Position numbers and translations under genes: made by a program. Below, piece after piece: positions 1 to 13,135 of a stretch of DNA of 64,000 bases (position 1 is its first letter; each line of letters starts with the position of its first letter). The notes beneath the pieces were generated by a model. The model searched no databases, was not told the origin of the DNA, and saw nothing but the letters and a program-made list of their open reading frames with translations. Source of the DNA: Camelus ferus (Eukaryota); assembly GCF_009834535.1 (NCBI RefSeq), contig NC_045697.1:18106001-18170000 (forward strand). The letters are read 5' to 3'.

Positions 1-77
1 AGGTAACCTCTTTTCTGACTTGTAATAACCATGTATCAGTTTTTCCTATTCTTGAGCTTCATAAAAATGGAATCATA

Positions 78-520
78 CCTGTGGTGTGCTGGTAAATGTT
101 TGACAATAGGCTCTCCAAAATTTAAAAGAAAAAAAAAAAAAGAAAAGAAAAAAGCCTGCTTTGTAGCCTATTTCCCTGGCAATCACCACCACTGGTTTGA
201 AGCCATCAAGGTGAGGTCACTGAACAGAGAGATAGGAACTGATGTGCAGTAGAACGCAGTTCTACAGTGTTTCCACCATACTGATACAATATATATAAAT
301 AGCCTCGGTCACATAGATAACAGGAAAAATGTAGTAAAAGAATTAGGAAGCCAAGAGTTTGGAGTATTCATTACCTTTGTCTTAAATATAATTTACTTAG
401 TTGTATGTTTGAATAATTTAATTTTTAATAAAGACTACATTTATCAGTTGGCTTGCAAAATTCCTGAAAATATAACAATCAGTTCTCATGAGCTATTATG
501 AGATGTCTCTGGCACATTCC
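78..520 (-). mobile_element. MER63-type hAT-Blackjack non-autonomous DNA transposon, nested in an old L1M
   Basis: Left end ctgtggtgtgctggtaaatgtttgacaataggctctcc and right end ggcttgcaaaattcctgaaaatataacaatcagttctc match the recalled MER63 termini in reverse. Confidence 0.75.
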
Positions 521-1050
521 TACTTACCAATCTTTGTATCCGGCTTCTTTCATTCAGCCTCATGTCCTGTGAGTTTTACTCCTGTCACTCTGTGTATCAG
601 TCTTTTTTTTTTCTTTTTGGATTGCTGTATAGTATTTCATTGCACAAATATACCACAATTTATTCACTTCCCTGTGGATGGTCATTGGGTTAATTTCCTG
701 TTTTTCTGCTACTAATTAGTAACGCTGCTATGATCACTCATGTACATCTATTTTAAGGGACATGTGGGCTCATTCCTCTTGGATATATACCTAGGACTGG
801 ATTTGCTGGGTCTTAGATAGGCATGCCTGTTTGTCTTTAATAGATGATGTCAAATAGTTTTCCCAAGTGGTTGAACCAGTTTACCCTTCCATCTGCAATA
901 TTCGAGGGTTCCCTTGCTCCACTTCCTTGTCAATATTTGGTACAGTCAGTCTTTAAAGTTTTAGCCATTCCAATAGATGTGTAAGGATTAATAACCTCAT
1001 AAGGATTTTAATTTACATTTCCCTGATAAGTAATGATGTTGAGTTGTTAT
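521..1050 (-). mobile_element. Old L1M 3' fragment; continues the L1 piece at 1-77
   Basis: Antisense L1 3' text such as ttgctgtatagtatttcattgcacaaatataccacaatt and ggatatatacctaggactggatttgctggg. Confidence 0.75.
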
Positions 1051-2539
1051 TGGGTTTTGACTGTTGTTTATTCCTCTGAGAGGAATACATTCATTTTTAG
1101 AAACTGTTCCTGGAATTACTGGTGATCTTATACAGCTTTGCAGGCACTGGCCGCTCCTCTACGATTTAGATTCCTTCCAAGGAGTAGAGCATTTGTTAAC
1201 ACCTTGGCTCTCACCAGAGGGGTAGTTTGTGACCAGAGCGACAGATCCTTAAGGCCAACCTAAGGTGGCTCCTGGTGGCCCATGAATTGCCTCAGGATGT
1301 GATTCTGGAAGGAAAGGAACCCCCAGGCAATAGAGTGCTTCCCCGGAAGGCACAAGGGATTTAGAAGCAGATGACCCAAGGTTCAGGTTTTACTTCTGCC
1401 ATTTTTTAGCCATAGGACTTTGGGAGGTCACGTAACCTTCAAATCTTCAATTTGCTCTGAATTAAGTAGAGTAAGAAATGTTGAGGAGCCCCAATGAGGC
1501 ATGGAGAAAAACCACTGTAAAACTGTGGATAGATGGTAATTCTAAGTCAGTTCTGTGGGGGTCAGCAGATGGAGGCAGCCATCCCCTCGGGGATGCTGGG
1601 GCAGGCTCTCAAGGCTTCCTCAGGAAACCAGTGCATCCTGGGAGATTCTTAACTTGGTTTTGTGTAATGAGCCTTCATCTCCTAGTTCTAAACCCTGATG
1701 ATGGAAATTACCAAAGCAGGAAGAAATCTGACATCCATGGTGCTGCCTGGAAGCCTCGAGCCTCTAGCCAAGGCCAGTTAAGGGACAAGCAAAATGGTTT
1801 GATGGAAAACCATGCCCCACAGAATCAGGGTGTCCATGGAGAGTGGGAGGAGATGATGACCTGAGGTTTCTGAACACACTGCGCCCTGCAAAGATGAACT
1901 CTGGTGGACTGATTTTGGCAAGTGCTGAATATTTTGGCAAGTGCTGAATATTTATGCTAAAGTCTGATTTATTTTTTTAATTCTAAAAATCAGAAATGCT
2001 AATTGAAGGAAATCTGGGAAACACTAGAAAGTATGAAAAAGAAGAAGAAAATTAACCACAATCCCATTTCTGAAAGTCAATTATTGTTAATACTATACAT
2101 GAACACATCTGTTCCCACTTTGTATTGTATGTAATATGCCACTCATAACTCCTTAATATCATATTTTTAATGGTTGCATTGCGTTCCATTCTGTGGATGT
2201 ATAAAATTTTATTTAACCACAAGATGATGTTTTTCACCTGCCTCCCACTTAATTTTTTCTGGATACCTTAAGATTTACCAGTCTTATACAGCTGATTGTG
2301 TGCCAGGAAGAAGGTGCCAGAACTTGCCCAGTTTTTGAAGATTAAATCTCCCACCATTAATAGGACTGTCTGGCTTATGGTTGTTTATGGACAGAGAAGC
2401 GACTCTGAAAGTAAACAGGGAAAGAAACAAAAGTCCCAAGGGGGGACTTTACTTTTCTACAATATATAATAATGTTATGTCATTATTCCTGTATCATCCA
2501 TTCAATTTCCTCTCACTCATTCACCATTCCATATTTTTT

Positions 2540-2690
2540 AGAGCCAGGTATATCTCTGTTCTTGACTTGGCTCTGCCACTTAACAGCTGAGAGACCATAT
2601 GCCAGTGACCTGTATTCTCCTGGCCTCTATTTTTCCATCTATAAAATGGATTGTTGTAAGGACTAAACCTAATTAAGTAACAAGCACTTT
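2540..2690 (+). mobile_element. MIR SINE fragment
   Basis: ggctctgccacttaacagctg ... ttttccatctataaaatgga resembles the MIR core. Confidence 0.7.
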
Positions 2691-3899
2691 TTCCCATTGC
2701 CACTTGAGCGGCCGAGCACTGTGGCAGGCTGTAATGAGTTATCCACACAGAGGTCTAGAAGGGCAGTTTTGCTGATGAATGGAGGAAGATGCAGAGAATG
2801 AGAGTGGTGGGAAAAGCAGGGTCACTCATAAGATCAGAGCTGAAACTAGAAGAACACGGGTCCTGATTCCTTCCAGTGGTCTGAAGTTTGTCTTGTGGAG
2901 TTCAGAAGGCCGTGCAAATATTTCTGACTCCTTACCATGCCCTTGTGTGGGGGAGGCCAAACATAATTCGAATGTCAGAGCTGCATTTAGCAAAGTGACA
3001 CTTCAGATGTCATTTTTGCCATGTTTCTTCACTTCAGGAGTTTTCATCCTGTCTATCTGTTGCTTTCTAATTCTTTCCAGTACTTTTCTCTAAGAAGGAA
3101 GGGAGAGGCCCTTTTGAGGCCCCCAACACTAATGATGTCACCTCCGTGACTTCCATGGGCCATTAGGCAGCAAGTTGCCAACATTTATGTCCTTGCTACC
3201 AGCAGGACATCGAATATGGGAGAGGAGGGGCCGTTCTCTCCTGCTGGTCTGACAGTCGTTAATGTGCTAGAAACTGAGGAGGCTTTGTTAACTGCAGCTC
3301 CCACCGCACCTGCACTTCCTAGAAAGATGAGTGTTCTCTTTAACATGAAAAAACAAATAACTGCCCCCTCCGCGCCCTCTTCCAGGAAAGAAGCCCAGGA
3401 TGTGCCCGTGTACTCACTCCCCCTTGACCCTGAGCCCCTCCCCTCCTGCCACTTTATTTGAAGAGAGATTTCTCCATTTCCACCACGAATAATACTCTAT
3501 TGTCCAGCATGTCGCAGAGATTGAAATTCCTTCATGCTGGGATCCTTCTGACAACTCAAGCCCTGGGAGACTGCTACCTGCAATCTCCATCCCTGCTGCA
3601 CAGGGTGCTCCAGCCTGTCTCACCTTCTTCACCTCCTAACTCAGCTCTTCCCCCACTGCCATTTGGGCTTGGTGCTTGGCCCTCCCTGAGCATGTTCGTG
3701 CCAGGATCACAGTGTCAGCTGACCCGCTGGTCACTCTTCTGTCCCCATTCCACCCACCGTCCCTCTGGCCTTTGGTGCCTTCAGCCACCCCTCCCTCCCT
3801 CTTGAAAAGTTCCATTCCTGAGACTTCTTGGTCAGCAAGCGTTCCTCCTTCCACTTGCGTTTTTGGCAGATCCTTCTCACTCCCCTTTGTGAGTTGTTC

Positions 3900-4148
3900 T
3901 TTTCTTTTTTTTTTTTTTTTTTAACAATATAACATTTTTTATTGATTTATAATCATTTTACAATGTTGTGTCAAATTCCAGTGTAGAGCATGATTTTTCA
4001 GTTATACATGAACATATATATATTCATTGTCACATATTTTTCTCTGTGAGCTACCATAAGATCTTGTGTATATTCCCCTGTGCTATACAGTATAATCTTG
4101 TTTATCTATTCTACAATTTTGAAATCCCATCTATCCCTTCCCACCCTC
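3900..4148 (-). mobile_element. Young lineage-specific L1, 3' end only, with poly(A) tail
   Basis: Poly-T followed by ttttattgatttataatcattttacaatgttgtgtcaaattccagtgtagagc; clearly related to the L1 3' UTRs at 13.1 and 46.5 kb. Confidence 0.85.
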
Positions 4149-4165
4149 TCTGCCAGTTCTTTATA

Positions 4166-4400
4166 TCAGTGGTTTTCAATTTTTTTTCCCCCAGTGGAAA
4201 CTTTTAAAACTTTACAAATGAAATTTTATGTATATCTGAGCCTCATTTGAAAAGCGGAAAATCACAACTGCTCTGATTTAACAGAGGTGGCGGTGGTTCT
4301 TGGGGGCTGGTGATACTCCCTTCCCCGGCTCCTCTCTCGGAAGCCCCGAGGGCAACTCTCCAGACCCTGGGGCTCTGGGAAGCGCAGTGTGCAAACCGCA
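4166..4400. mobile_element. hAT-Charlie MITE (MER112-like)
   Basis: cagtggttttcaa terminus and internal caaatgaaatttta; a related copy lies at about 38295-38490. Confidence 0.5.
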
Positions 4401-4904
4401 GCCATGAATGCTAGGTTCTCCAGGCCTCTGGCTTGGCCTCGTCACAGCTCCTTCTGCTTACTCTCTTTGGATGGGCTCATCCTTCCCAGAAGGAAGTTAT
4501 TCTCCTTCTCCAAATGTAGTGTGTGCCAATAAAGAGCACATTAGTGCCTCTTTCAAGCAATTGAGAAATGAGATACAGGAGTCAGAGAACAAAAAGTCAG
4601 CTTTATTACTGACAAGGATGGTTTGAGGACATGGCTTTAAATTTGTAGCCAAATGGGCTTGCAGAATTAACTCACCCACTGTTCCTGGGCTATGCTGGAC
4701 ATTTGCAAGCATTTCTGCCTGGCTGAAAGCAGTCCAGGATGCATTTCCTCCAGTATGCCTACTCCACCAGAGAAGCTAGAAGGGATGACATTCTCCCAAA
4801 GGCACCGAAGAAAATGTCACCTCCTCCCAAGGGGAAGAGGCAGGCAGGGGTGGGGACAGACACATCACCCGCACATTACAGGCATATTACCAGGCACATT
4901 ACCC

Positions 4905-5670
4905 ACCACCAAAAGGGTGGTTCCATTCCGTGGGGTGCTCTGTAATTTGTGGGGTGCTAAGACATTTAGTGGATGGGGGCCGGAGGTGCTAGGCGTGGCA
5001 ATACATGGAACAATTCTGCGCATTAAAGAACTCTTTTTAATTCTGCATGCACTCCCATGTGCCCCAGGCATTCTTAGAAGTGAATGATGATTCTAGTTAA
5101 CCACATCTGGAACAAAACTCTGTTCTTACATGATGGAAGTCCTTTTTGTGGAGTTTTGATATACATTTTACACTAAATGTTCCAAAGAAGCAACTATGAT
5201 GGGAATTGAGTGTTGACTACACTTTGGTGGATTGAGAACTTTTATGAGGGTTGTTAATGTTTCAGAAAATGATGTTACTGATGACCATGACTCTTTTAGT
5301 GTTTTCATTATTGATACAACATTGTCATTGTCATCATTGTGTCGGCCAGTATCTGTGGCTGATGCAGTCTCTGTGTTTCCATGTATAGGGACAAACACCT
5401 GATGGCTCCCTTTCAGCTTCTAGTACTTTGTGCCCAAATATTTACATATTGAAATGCATTTTATTAAATTTTATTTATTTATTATTTAGTTATTTATTCA
5501 TTTATATTAAAACTACCCTCTTCTTCTCCCTTACATTACAGTTAGGGTAATTTTTAAAAATTTTTTTTTCTTAAATTGGTTTTATTACCTGTGCATTCTG
5601 TATCAGGACAGCAAAAGCAGTGCTACAAAATGTTTCTTCTGAAAATGAGGCATTGCGTCTGATGTCGGCC
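4905..5670 (+). mobile_element. MER20B-like hAT-Charlie element
   Basis: Blocks collinear with the recalled MER20B consensus: gacatttagtggatggggg, gagaactttatgagggttgtt, tttacatattgaaat, ttacagttaggg. Confidence 0.7.
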
Positions 5671-6804
5671 TAGTGGAAGATGCCCTTGGAAGCATGAGGT
5701 CAGGAAAATGGAGTCCTCTCCCACAGGGTGATTGTTAAAAATTCAGATTCCTAGGCTCTATCCCAGGAGGGCCGAACCAAAGTCCTCAGGAGAAAGACCA
5801 GGACTCTGCCTATGCTTAGATGTCCCTGTACGATGTGGCCTCTGCTGACCTCTTCACTAGCCCGTACCCCGGGCTGGCGCAGATGCAGGAAATTCCTTGA
5901 AGGTGCCAGGCTGTCTCTCTCCGCCCGGACTTTGCACTCCTTAGGCCTCCCTATTTCTCTGAGAAGTGTCCCTGACACCCCAGTGTGAACTAAGAGTCCC
6001 TCTGGGCTCTGAAACCACTTCTTACCCTGCATTGGATTCTCAATTTGCTGCCTCTGTTCCTAGATCTTAAGTTCTACCAAGGGAAAGACCATAAACTTTT
6101 GGCCTCTGTGGTCCTAGTGCCTGGCTCAGGTTTGAAGCATCCCCTCCCTTGAGGCCCAGGGCAGGGATCTGGACATGTATCTTCACACTGAAATAAACCA
6201 CATTTACTTGAAAAGCTGTAAATCTCTGGTCCACCAGCCACTGATGGAGCCAAATGGTGGAATCTGCCCCATCAAAGCTAAGGTGAAATTAAGGTCTCAG
6301 GAAGAAGGAAATCTTTCCTCCCAAGATTATCTTGGGAGACAGTGTCTTTTATTCTTAAGCATCTCTGCCAGAAAATCAATTCTTAAATTATTCATTGAAT
6401 CAGATCAGGGCATTTTGAAAGCAATCTTCATAGAGCTCATAGCTTTATCAAAGTTGACATTAATCCTGATATCAGAGCAGTTGAGTTTCATAATTCAATA
6501 CTTAATCTGTCCACAACACACAATGATGAAGATCTCGCTGCTTCCTGGGTACTGAGGGCAATCAAAGGCCTTCAGGATCGGTCTTACTCTCCTATTACCT
6601 TATCAAGTGAATAAAACTTGAAAGTAATAAAAAGAGACTCATGAAACAGTGCTCAATGTGGTTTACAATTCTAGTGCCTAAATTATCTGCAGCTTAATTG
6701 CTTTTCTTGAACTCCTTCAACTTCTCGCTGAATGACAGGGTGCAGTCATTGATCTGGAGACACTGGAAAGAACCTTAGAGGTTGTCCTCACCTGTGAATC
6801 AGAA

Positions 6805-7025
6805 CAGGTGGGTTAAAGTACACAAAAGTGAAGCTACTTCACCCGGGTTCTGACCTCAGTTCATTAGCTGATGGCCTTGGAGAGGACCCTATGCCTCTCT
6901 GAACCTTGTTTTCTTCACTGAAAAGATAGGAGTGTGAATGACCACTTTTCAGAGTTGCTGGGAGGGTTGAATGAGTGATGACTGAATGGCCTCTGAAACC
7001 AAAGAGATGCTCAATAAAGGGTAGC
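6805..7025 (+). mobile_element. MIR SINE
   Basis: gggttctgacctcag...gccttgga...cctctctgaacctt...gagggttgaatgag...gctcaataaa. Confidence 0.7.
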
Positions 7026-8439
7026 CCCCTCTCCACAGGGACACACATATACTGTGCTTTCTTCTGTCCTGCTCCAGAAGTGTCAACTTCAACCTTGGAC
7101 CACAGTGAAACATCTCATTTCTCCTTTTAGTTATATCCCTTGAGTAAAGTTTGAGTCCTTCTCAGAAAATCCCTAGGGTGCTAACTGCATATTCATCCCA
7201 GTGGGATTAGGGAGATTATGGTGTTTAATAAAAACCATGCATATGGCTCAAAGGGTGACAGGGCCAAGGAGAGATTTTCTTCACTGAGACTTGGAATTTG
7301 GGGAGAAGTTCAGCTTCACCTTTTATAAACACCCCAATTCTCTTTACAGAGAGAGACTGACTCCGCAATTCGCCAAGCCTCAAAGCACTGTGTTAGCATT
7401 TGGGTTGACTAGGATTAACTCATGAGTTACCCAGTGCCATAGGCCAGGATGGTAGCTCTCCCCTGTGGATTATCAGCAACATGAGGACAGAGACCACGTC
7501 TGTCTCTATATTTGGTATGACAGTGCCTGACGCCTAGTAGGTATTCAAAATACAACTGTCAAAATGAACGACTGAATAGATTTCACTCATTCATGGAATC
7601 ATATTATTGAACTTGGCTTTTTCCTTGGTTGTACGTCATCAGTGATTTTATAGTCCCCAAAGCCTTCGGTAAGCTCAAAGAATTTTCCATGTGTTAACCT
7701 AATGATGGCTGGTGAAACTACTATATTTTGGGAGCCTTCTACATTCAGGACCTAGTTCATTTCTGCTTTGGTGTATTTCACCGGTCACCCTTGGTAAGAC
7801 ACATAGAGGAGATGTGGGAAAATTTGTGCCCATGAGAAAGTCATTTAAAGCCCCAGTGAAAAACATTTATTGACCTGCAGTAATTCTGAGATCTGAGGGC
7901 AAAGTCTCAAGTCTCTCCCTTTCTGAAGCCAATTCTTGCTTTCCCAACCTTCTCAATGCTTTTGTAATCTGTTTTTGTTGTTGTTGTTAATGCTGAAATT
8001 CCTAGTGAAATACTGGCCACTCAGATAACTGTTTTAAGCACTTACTTTGTTAAATGAGAAAATCCAAGAAGTGTCCCTTTTTGTGCTAATTTTACCAGAT
8101 TTATATCTTGGAAAGGCACTGGTTGGAATTGGAATAGTTGGGGAATCAAATATATAGTGTCTGAAACCACCTTGTAATTATTACCAGCTCTAAATTATTG
8201 TCGTTATTTTCAATTGAAATACTATAGGAACATCTCAGTTAACTGGACATCAGCCTTCCTGGAACTTCAAGTAATTTGATGAAACACAACACAACAGTAA
8301 AACTTCACCAAATTCCCATAGGGGTGTAGAGCTATGCTCTATGCTCAGGGCTACATTTTGCATATTAATATCATCAATATCTACTGACAGTATTAAATAA
8401 TGAGAAGCAATATGAACCAGGATGGTCTTAAGGCTCTAT

Positions 8440-8600
8440 CACTTCCCAACAGAATTTCCTCTAATGATGGAAAAGTTCTAAATTGCACTGTCTAGTACAG
8501 TCCCTGTGTCTCCTGAGTTCTTGAAACATGGCTAGTGTGACCGAGGAACTGAATTTTTAATTAAATTAAAATTTAAATGCAAATTTAATTTAATTATTGG
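8440..8600. mobile_element. MER3 hAT-Charlie MITE
   Basis: aatgatggaaaagttcta...gcactgtc...ttgaaacatggctagtgtgaccgaggaactgaattttta. Confidence 0.75.
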
Positions 8601-8649
8601 AAAACCCAGCTCTATAGCTTTTTGAGTCAAAAATACATTTTATACTATA

Positions 8650-10700
8650 AAATATCCTTAAATATTCAGAAAAACACAGAAGGCTTTATAAATCAACAAC
8701 TGGAATATACACATAGTAGTTAAACTTTTGCTGTATGTGCTTCAGATATTTTTACAGAAATAAAATATTAAAGGTACAACTGAAGTTTTCTTTGAAGCCT
8801 TCCCCTCTCCCTCCATTGCCAAAAGCGTGTGTATCCCTCCCATCCATGTTTTTATAGTTTAAGTATTTATCAACACTTTGGAGCATTGTTTGTATTTAAA
8901 CAACTTAAATAAATGGCATTACACTGTATATACCATTCTGAAACTTGCTTATTTCAACTTTTCAGCCCTATCCATGTTGATATATAAAAATCAGTTTCAC
9001 ATATAAATCAAATTTCATTCATTTTTAACTCTAATAGAGAGTTTCAGTCTATAAACAAATCACAGTGTATCTATCTAGTCTCTGAAAGATGGTACATTTG
9101 GGTTGTTTCTAATTCTTTTTCTATTACAAACAATACTATGATGAACCTTCTAGTCTATTTTTTCTTGGGCATATGTGGGAGAGTTTCTCAGCAATCATTT
9201 GTATTTGTTATGATTAATGGTATGTGTGGACTTGTTTTTACTAGCTCATTTTATGGTTTTGTTTCTATTCACCATGTTTTTTCTTTGTGTCTCCACCCAC
9301 CTCTTTCCCCTTCAACTGTTTAGAAGTTAAACATATGATTTCTATTCATTTGGTGGTTCATTGTTAGCAAGCATGATTCAAGATTTAGATCTACTATCCC
9401 TATCATTTTTTCAAACAACACAAAGAACTCAGAATGCTTTAACTCCCAACTCCCCTCTCCCCATCTTCTATGTTATTGTTGGGTAATATTTTAATTCCAC
9501 CTTTAAAAAAAAAAACTCCCAGTTGATCATCATCACTGTTGTTATAATTTTACAGTCAGTATTATTTTTATTAACCTTTTCATCAATTTCTTGTCGTACC
9601 ATTTTCACATCTCACATCTCACATCTTTCTTTTGGGCTGAGTTTCTTTCTTGCTGTGGTACCACCTTTGATATTGCTCTTAGTAAAGGGGATGTTACAGT
9701 AAATTATCTTTGACTTTTTATGTCTTAAAATATCTTTATCTACTCCCTCCTGCATAATGATTTGGTCTGGACTCCTAACAGTATCTCCTATTGTCTCTCT
9801 CTCTCTTCTCTGGAACTCCTATTAAATTTATGCTGAATCTTTTCATTTTATATTATGCATCTCTTAATTCCTTTCATTCTTCCCACCTCTTATTGCTACA
9901 GCTGCATTACGGATACTTTCCTCAAATCTACCATTCAGGTAATTAGTTCTCTCTTCAGATGAGTGTCCATTGAATATTTAATTTTAATAACTATTTTTTA
10001 ATTTCTGTAAGTTCAGTTGAATTCTTTTTAAAATTTCACAGTCCCTCCCTTACTGTCATGTTCTTTCATCTATTTTCTTTCTTACTTTCTTGCATTTAAT
10101 TCATTTATGTTATTGTCTGTTTGAATGGCATGATTTTAAGGTCTCCCTGAGATTGCTTCGTATCTGTAGCTCTTGGTTCTGGATATTGTTGCATTTGTTG
10201 TGTTGGTTGATTTTCTCTCACAGCAGCTGTTTAGTTCATGTGATCAGTCATTTTTTTCAGTAGGAGTGACTTTCCATGAAACACGTGAACTACGTTGGGA
10301 TTTTGCCGATTCTGGACCAGTTTTAGGGTAGTTGTGCAGAAAGGGTTCCTCTGTCTCATTGGTAGTTTGGCTTCAGGTCGGACGCCTGTGCCCAATGCAG
10401 CTTGGTGCTCTGCTTTCTTTACAGTGGTTCTTTGACTTTCTGTGGACCTAAAAGATAGTCAACTTCCTTTTGGCATCCCTGGCCAATAAACGCATTTTTT
10501 TCTGTTGTCTGTTTCAAAGACAGAGAGGCTTCCTGGCTTCCAGCTTTTCTTGGGAGGGGGCTCAGTTCGGGTTCCCCACCTCTCATGGGCTGAGGTCCTG
10601 GGTACTTGTGTTATCACCAGTCTCTGCAATATACACCAGGTGGACTGTTTCCTTTTAGTACCTGCTCCGGAACCTGTGGATATTCTTTTCTTGTTTTCAA
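8650..10700 (-). mobile_element. Highly degraded L1M/L1ME fragments
   Basis: T-rich antisense L1 text (ggtacatttgggttgtttctaattc, ctcttctctggaactcctatta, actattttttaatttct). Confidence 0.6.
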
Positions 10701-11519
10701 GCTTGGCCACGTATTAAAAAAATTTCAGTGTCTGGTGAATTTGTTCTGTTTGAGAACTGCCTTTATATCCTGAGCGTGCTGTGTTACCTCCCACACTGTG
10801 TTACTCCATATGAGAAAATTTCACAGACGAGAAACATAAGCCACTCATAAGGCACTGCATGTTGAATAACAGACACAATGAAAGACATCATCAAACCCCA
10901 AACTGGAGAATCCTTTGATCATTTCAGCAACTAGAGACTCACCCACCCTGCATACTGACTGACCTCCCTCTCTCCTCCGTGCCATCCCACCTCTCTGCCT
11001 CATCGGGTCTCCCAGGGATCACCCCAGAATTCTCTCACTTCATGAGGCAGGGCACTGGGCTCTCTCTAGCCTTGAGCACCAAACTTATTTCCACATTCAC
11101 TTTGTGTAACTAAGCCAAAGTGCTCAGAAGAACAGGGCTTCCCAGATAAGACATAGTTTCTCCTTATAAAGAAGCTGTTATTTTAAATAGCAAGTTTTTT
11201 GTTCTTTTATATACATAAAACCCCCAGCTGTGGGACTAGCACATAGTAAACACTCAACAAAGGTTAACTATTCCTAATTCCACTTCTCAAATCTGATTCC
11301 AAATCAGATTTAATGACCGACTAAGCAAAATTGATTTAAAAGGGGAAGTGTGGAGACAAAACACTGATAATTCCAAAATTCCATTAAAGTTATTTTTGAA
11401 TTGCTTGCATGCCTGTTCCTTTGCTAATCCATATGAATGAAGAAAACAGAGGTTGCTGGGTGCAAGTAAGGTCTGATAATGTTGAACGAAGGAAAAAGAA
11501 AAGGAAAAGATAAATGTAT

Positions 11520-11760
11520 CTTACAAAGAGGTTCTCAACTTCATTTATAGTCAGGGACATTCAAAATAGAACCAAGGGAGAATATCATTTTGGTCTCATA
11601 TGGATGGCAAAAATTCTGGCAACAGTCTGATAATACCAAGCGTTGGCAAGAATGTGGGGTATCAGTGGACTCCCATACATTGCTGGTGGGAGTGTTAATT
11701 AGTACAATCACTTTGAGTAACAGTTTGGTATTATCTGGCAAAATAGAGAAATTCTAGTGG
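11520..11760 (+). mobile_element. Old L1M ORF2-end fragment
   Basis: tctgataataccaagcgttggcaagaatgtggg...cattgctggtgggagtgttaattagtacaatcactttg. Confidence 0.7.
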
Positions 11761-11770
11761 CTGCTCTTCT

Positions 11771-12424
11771 AAACTAAAAATAGATTTACCATTTGATCCA
11801 GCAGTCCTACTCTTGGGCGTCTATCCCAAGAAAACCCTAATGTGAAAAGATACATGCACCCCAGTGTTCGTAGAAGCAGTATTTACAACAGTCAAGACAC
11901 GGTAGCAATCTAAATGTCCATCAACAGATGACAGGGTAAAGAAGCTGTGGTATATATACATGGTGGGTATACCCAGCCAGCCATAAAAAAGAATGAAACA
12001 ATACCATCTGCAGCAACATGGATGGATCTAGAGGTTGTCATACTAAGTGAAGTAAGTCAGACAGAGAAAGACAAATATCACATCATATCACTTATAGGTG
12101 GAATCTAAAAAAATGACACAAATGAACTTATTTACAAAACAGAAACAAACTCACAGACATAGAAAACAAACTTATGGATACCAAAGGGGATGTGGGGGGA
12201 GGGATAAATTTGGAGTTTAGGATTAGCACATACAAACTACTATATATAAAATAAACAACAAGGTCCTACTGTACAACACAGGGAACTATACTCAACATCT
12301 TGTAGTAACCTATAATGGAAAAACATGAAAAAGAATATATATATATATATATGACTGAATCACTCTGCTATACACCAGAAACTAACACAACATTGTAAAT
12401 CAACTATACTTCAATTAAAAAAAA
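11771..12424 (+). mobile_element. Young 5'-truncated L1 (end of ORF2 plus 3' UTR)
   Basis: gcagcaacatggatggatctagagg...ctaagtgaagtaagtcagacagagaaagac; ends caacattgtaaatcaactatacttcaatt followed by an A tail. Confidence 0.9.
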
Positions 12425-13135
12425 TGCTTGCCTTTGAATAGGTGTGCCAAAATTTATTACTTTCCCCATTGATGTGTGTGTATTTTATATTTATATGGTG
12501 TATATATGATGTATGATGTGTATATACACCACATATATGTGCGTCTATATTACTAATAATTATATATCATAATTACAATGACATATATCATAATATATAT
12601 GCCATAATGATATATATTAATAATTACCATAATGATACATATCATAGTGTTATATATACACTAACAATGCAGCAGTAAACATCTTTGTAATGAAATCTTG
12701 CCCCTATCCCAAGTTATTTTCTTAGGACAAATTCCAAGAAGTACCTTTGAGTCAGAACAGATGCCCATTTCTAAGACTTTTGATCTAATTTACTCAATTG
12801 CTCTTGAGAAAGGTAGAGATTTTTACTCCTTCTTGTATTAAATGTGAGTACCCTGTCATATTTCTACCCACCTGTATCACATCATTAGCTGTTGTCAGCA
12901 TTGTTTATTCAACTGATTAATGTATGGATACATTTAATAAGTGAAAGTAATATTTTATTGTTCTAATTTCTTTGTTACTAGCGAGGTGGATCACTTTTAA
13001 CATCTTTTTGTTCAGTTTTTGGTATTTATGAAAGTTTTATTAGATAGCTCCAAACACTTAGTTTCATCCTTCTAGCTCCAGTAAATCATATGAGAAAAAG
13101 AATTAATAATATGCTATATGCTGACATCACTTCTT

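Noticed and set aside
3885..4162. TSD around the short L1 at 3.9 kb
   Set aside because: Only gttcttt is shared between the flanks, too short and low in complexity to call.
6522..6555. C/D box snoRNA (atgatga ... ctga)
   Set aside because: The boxes are only about 30 nt apart, with no terminal stem or guide element.
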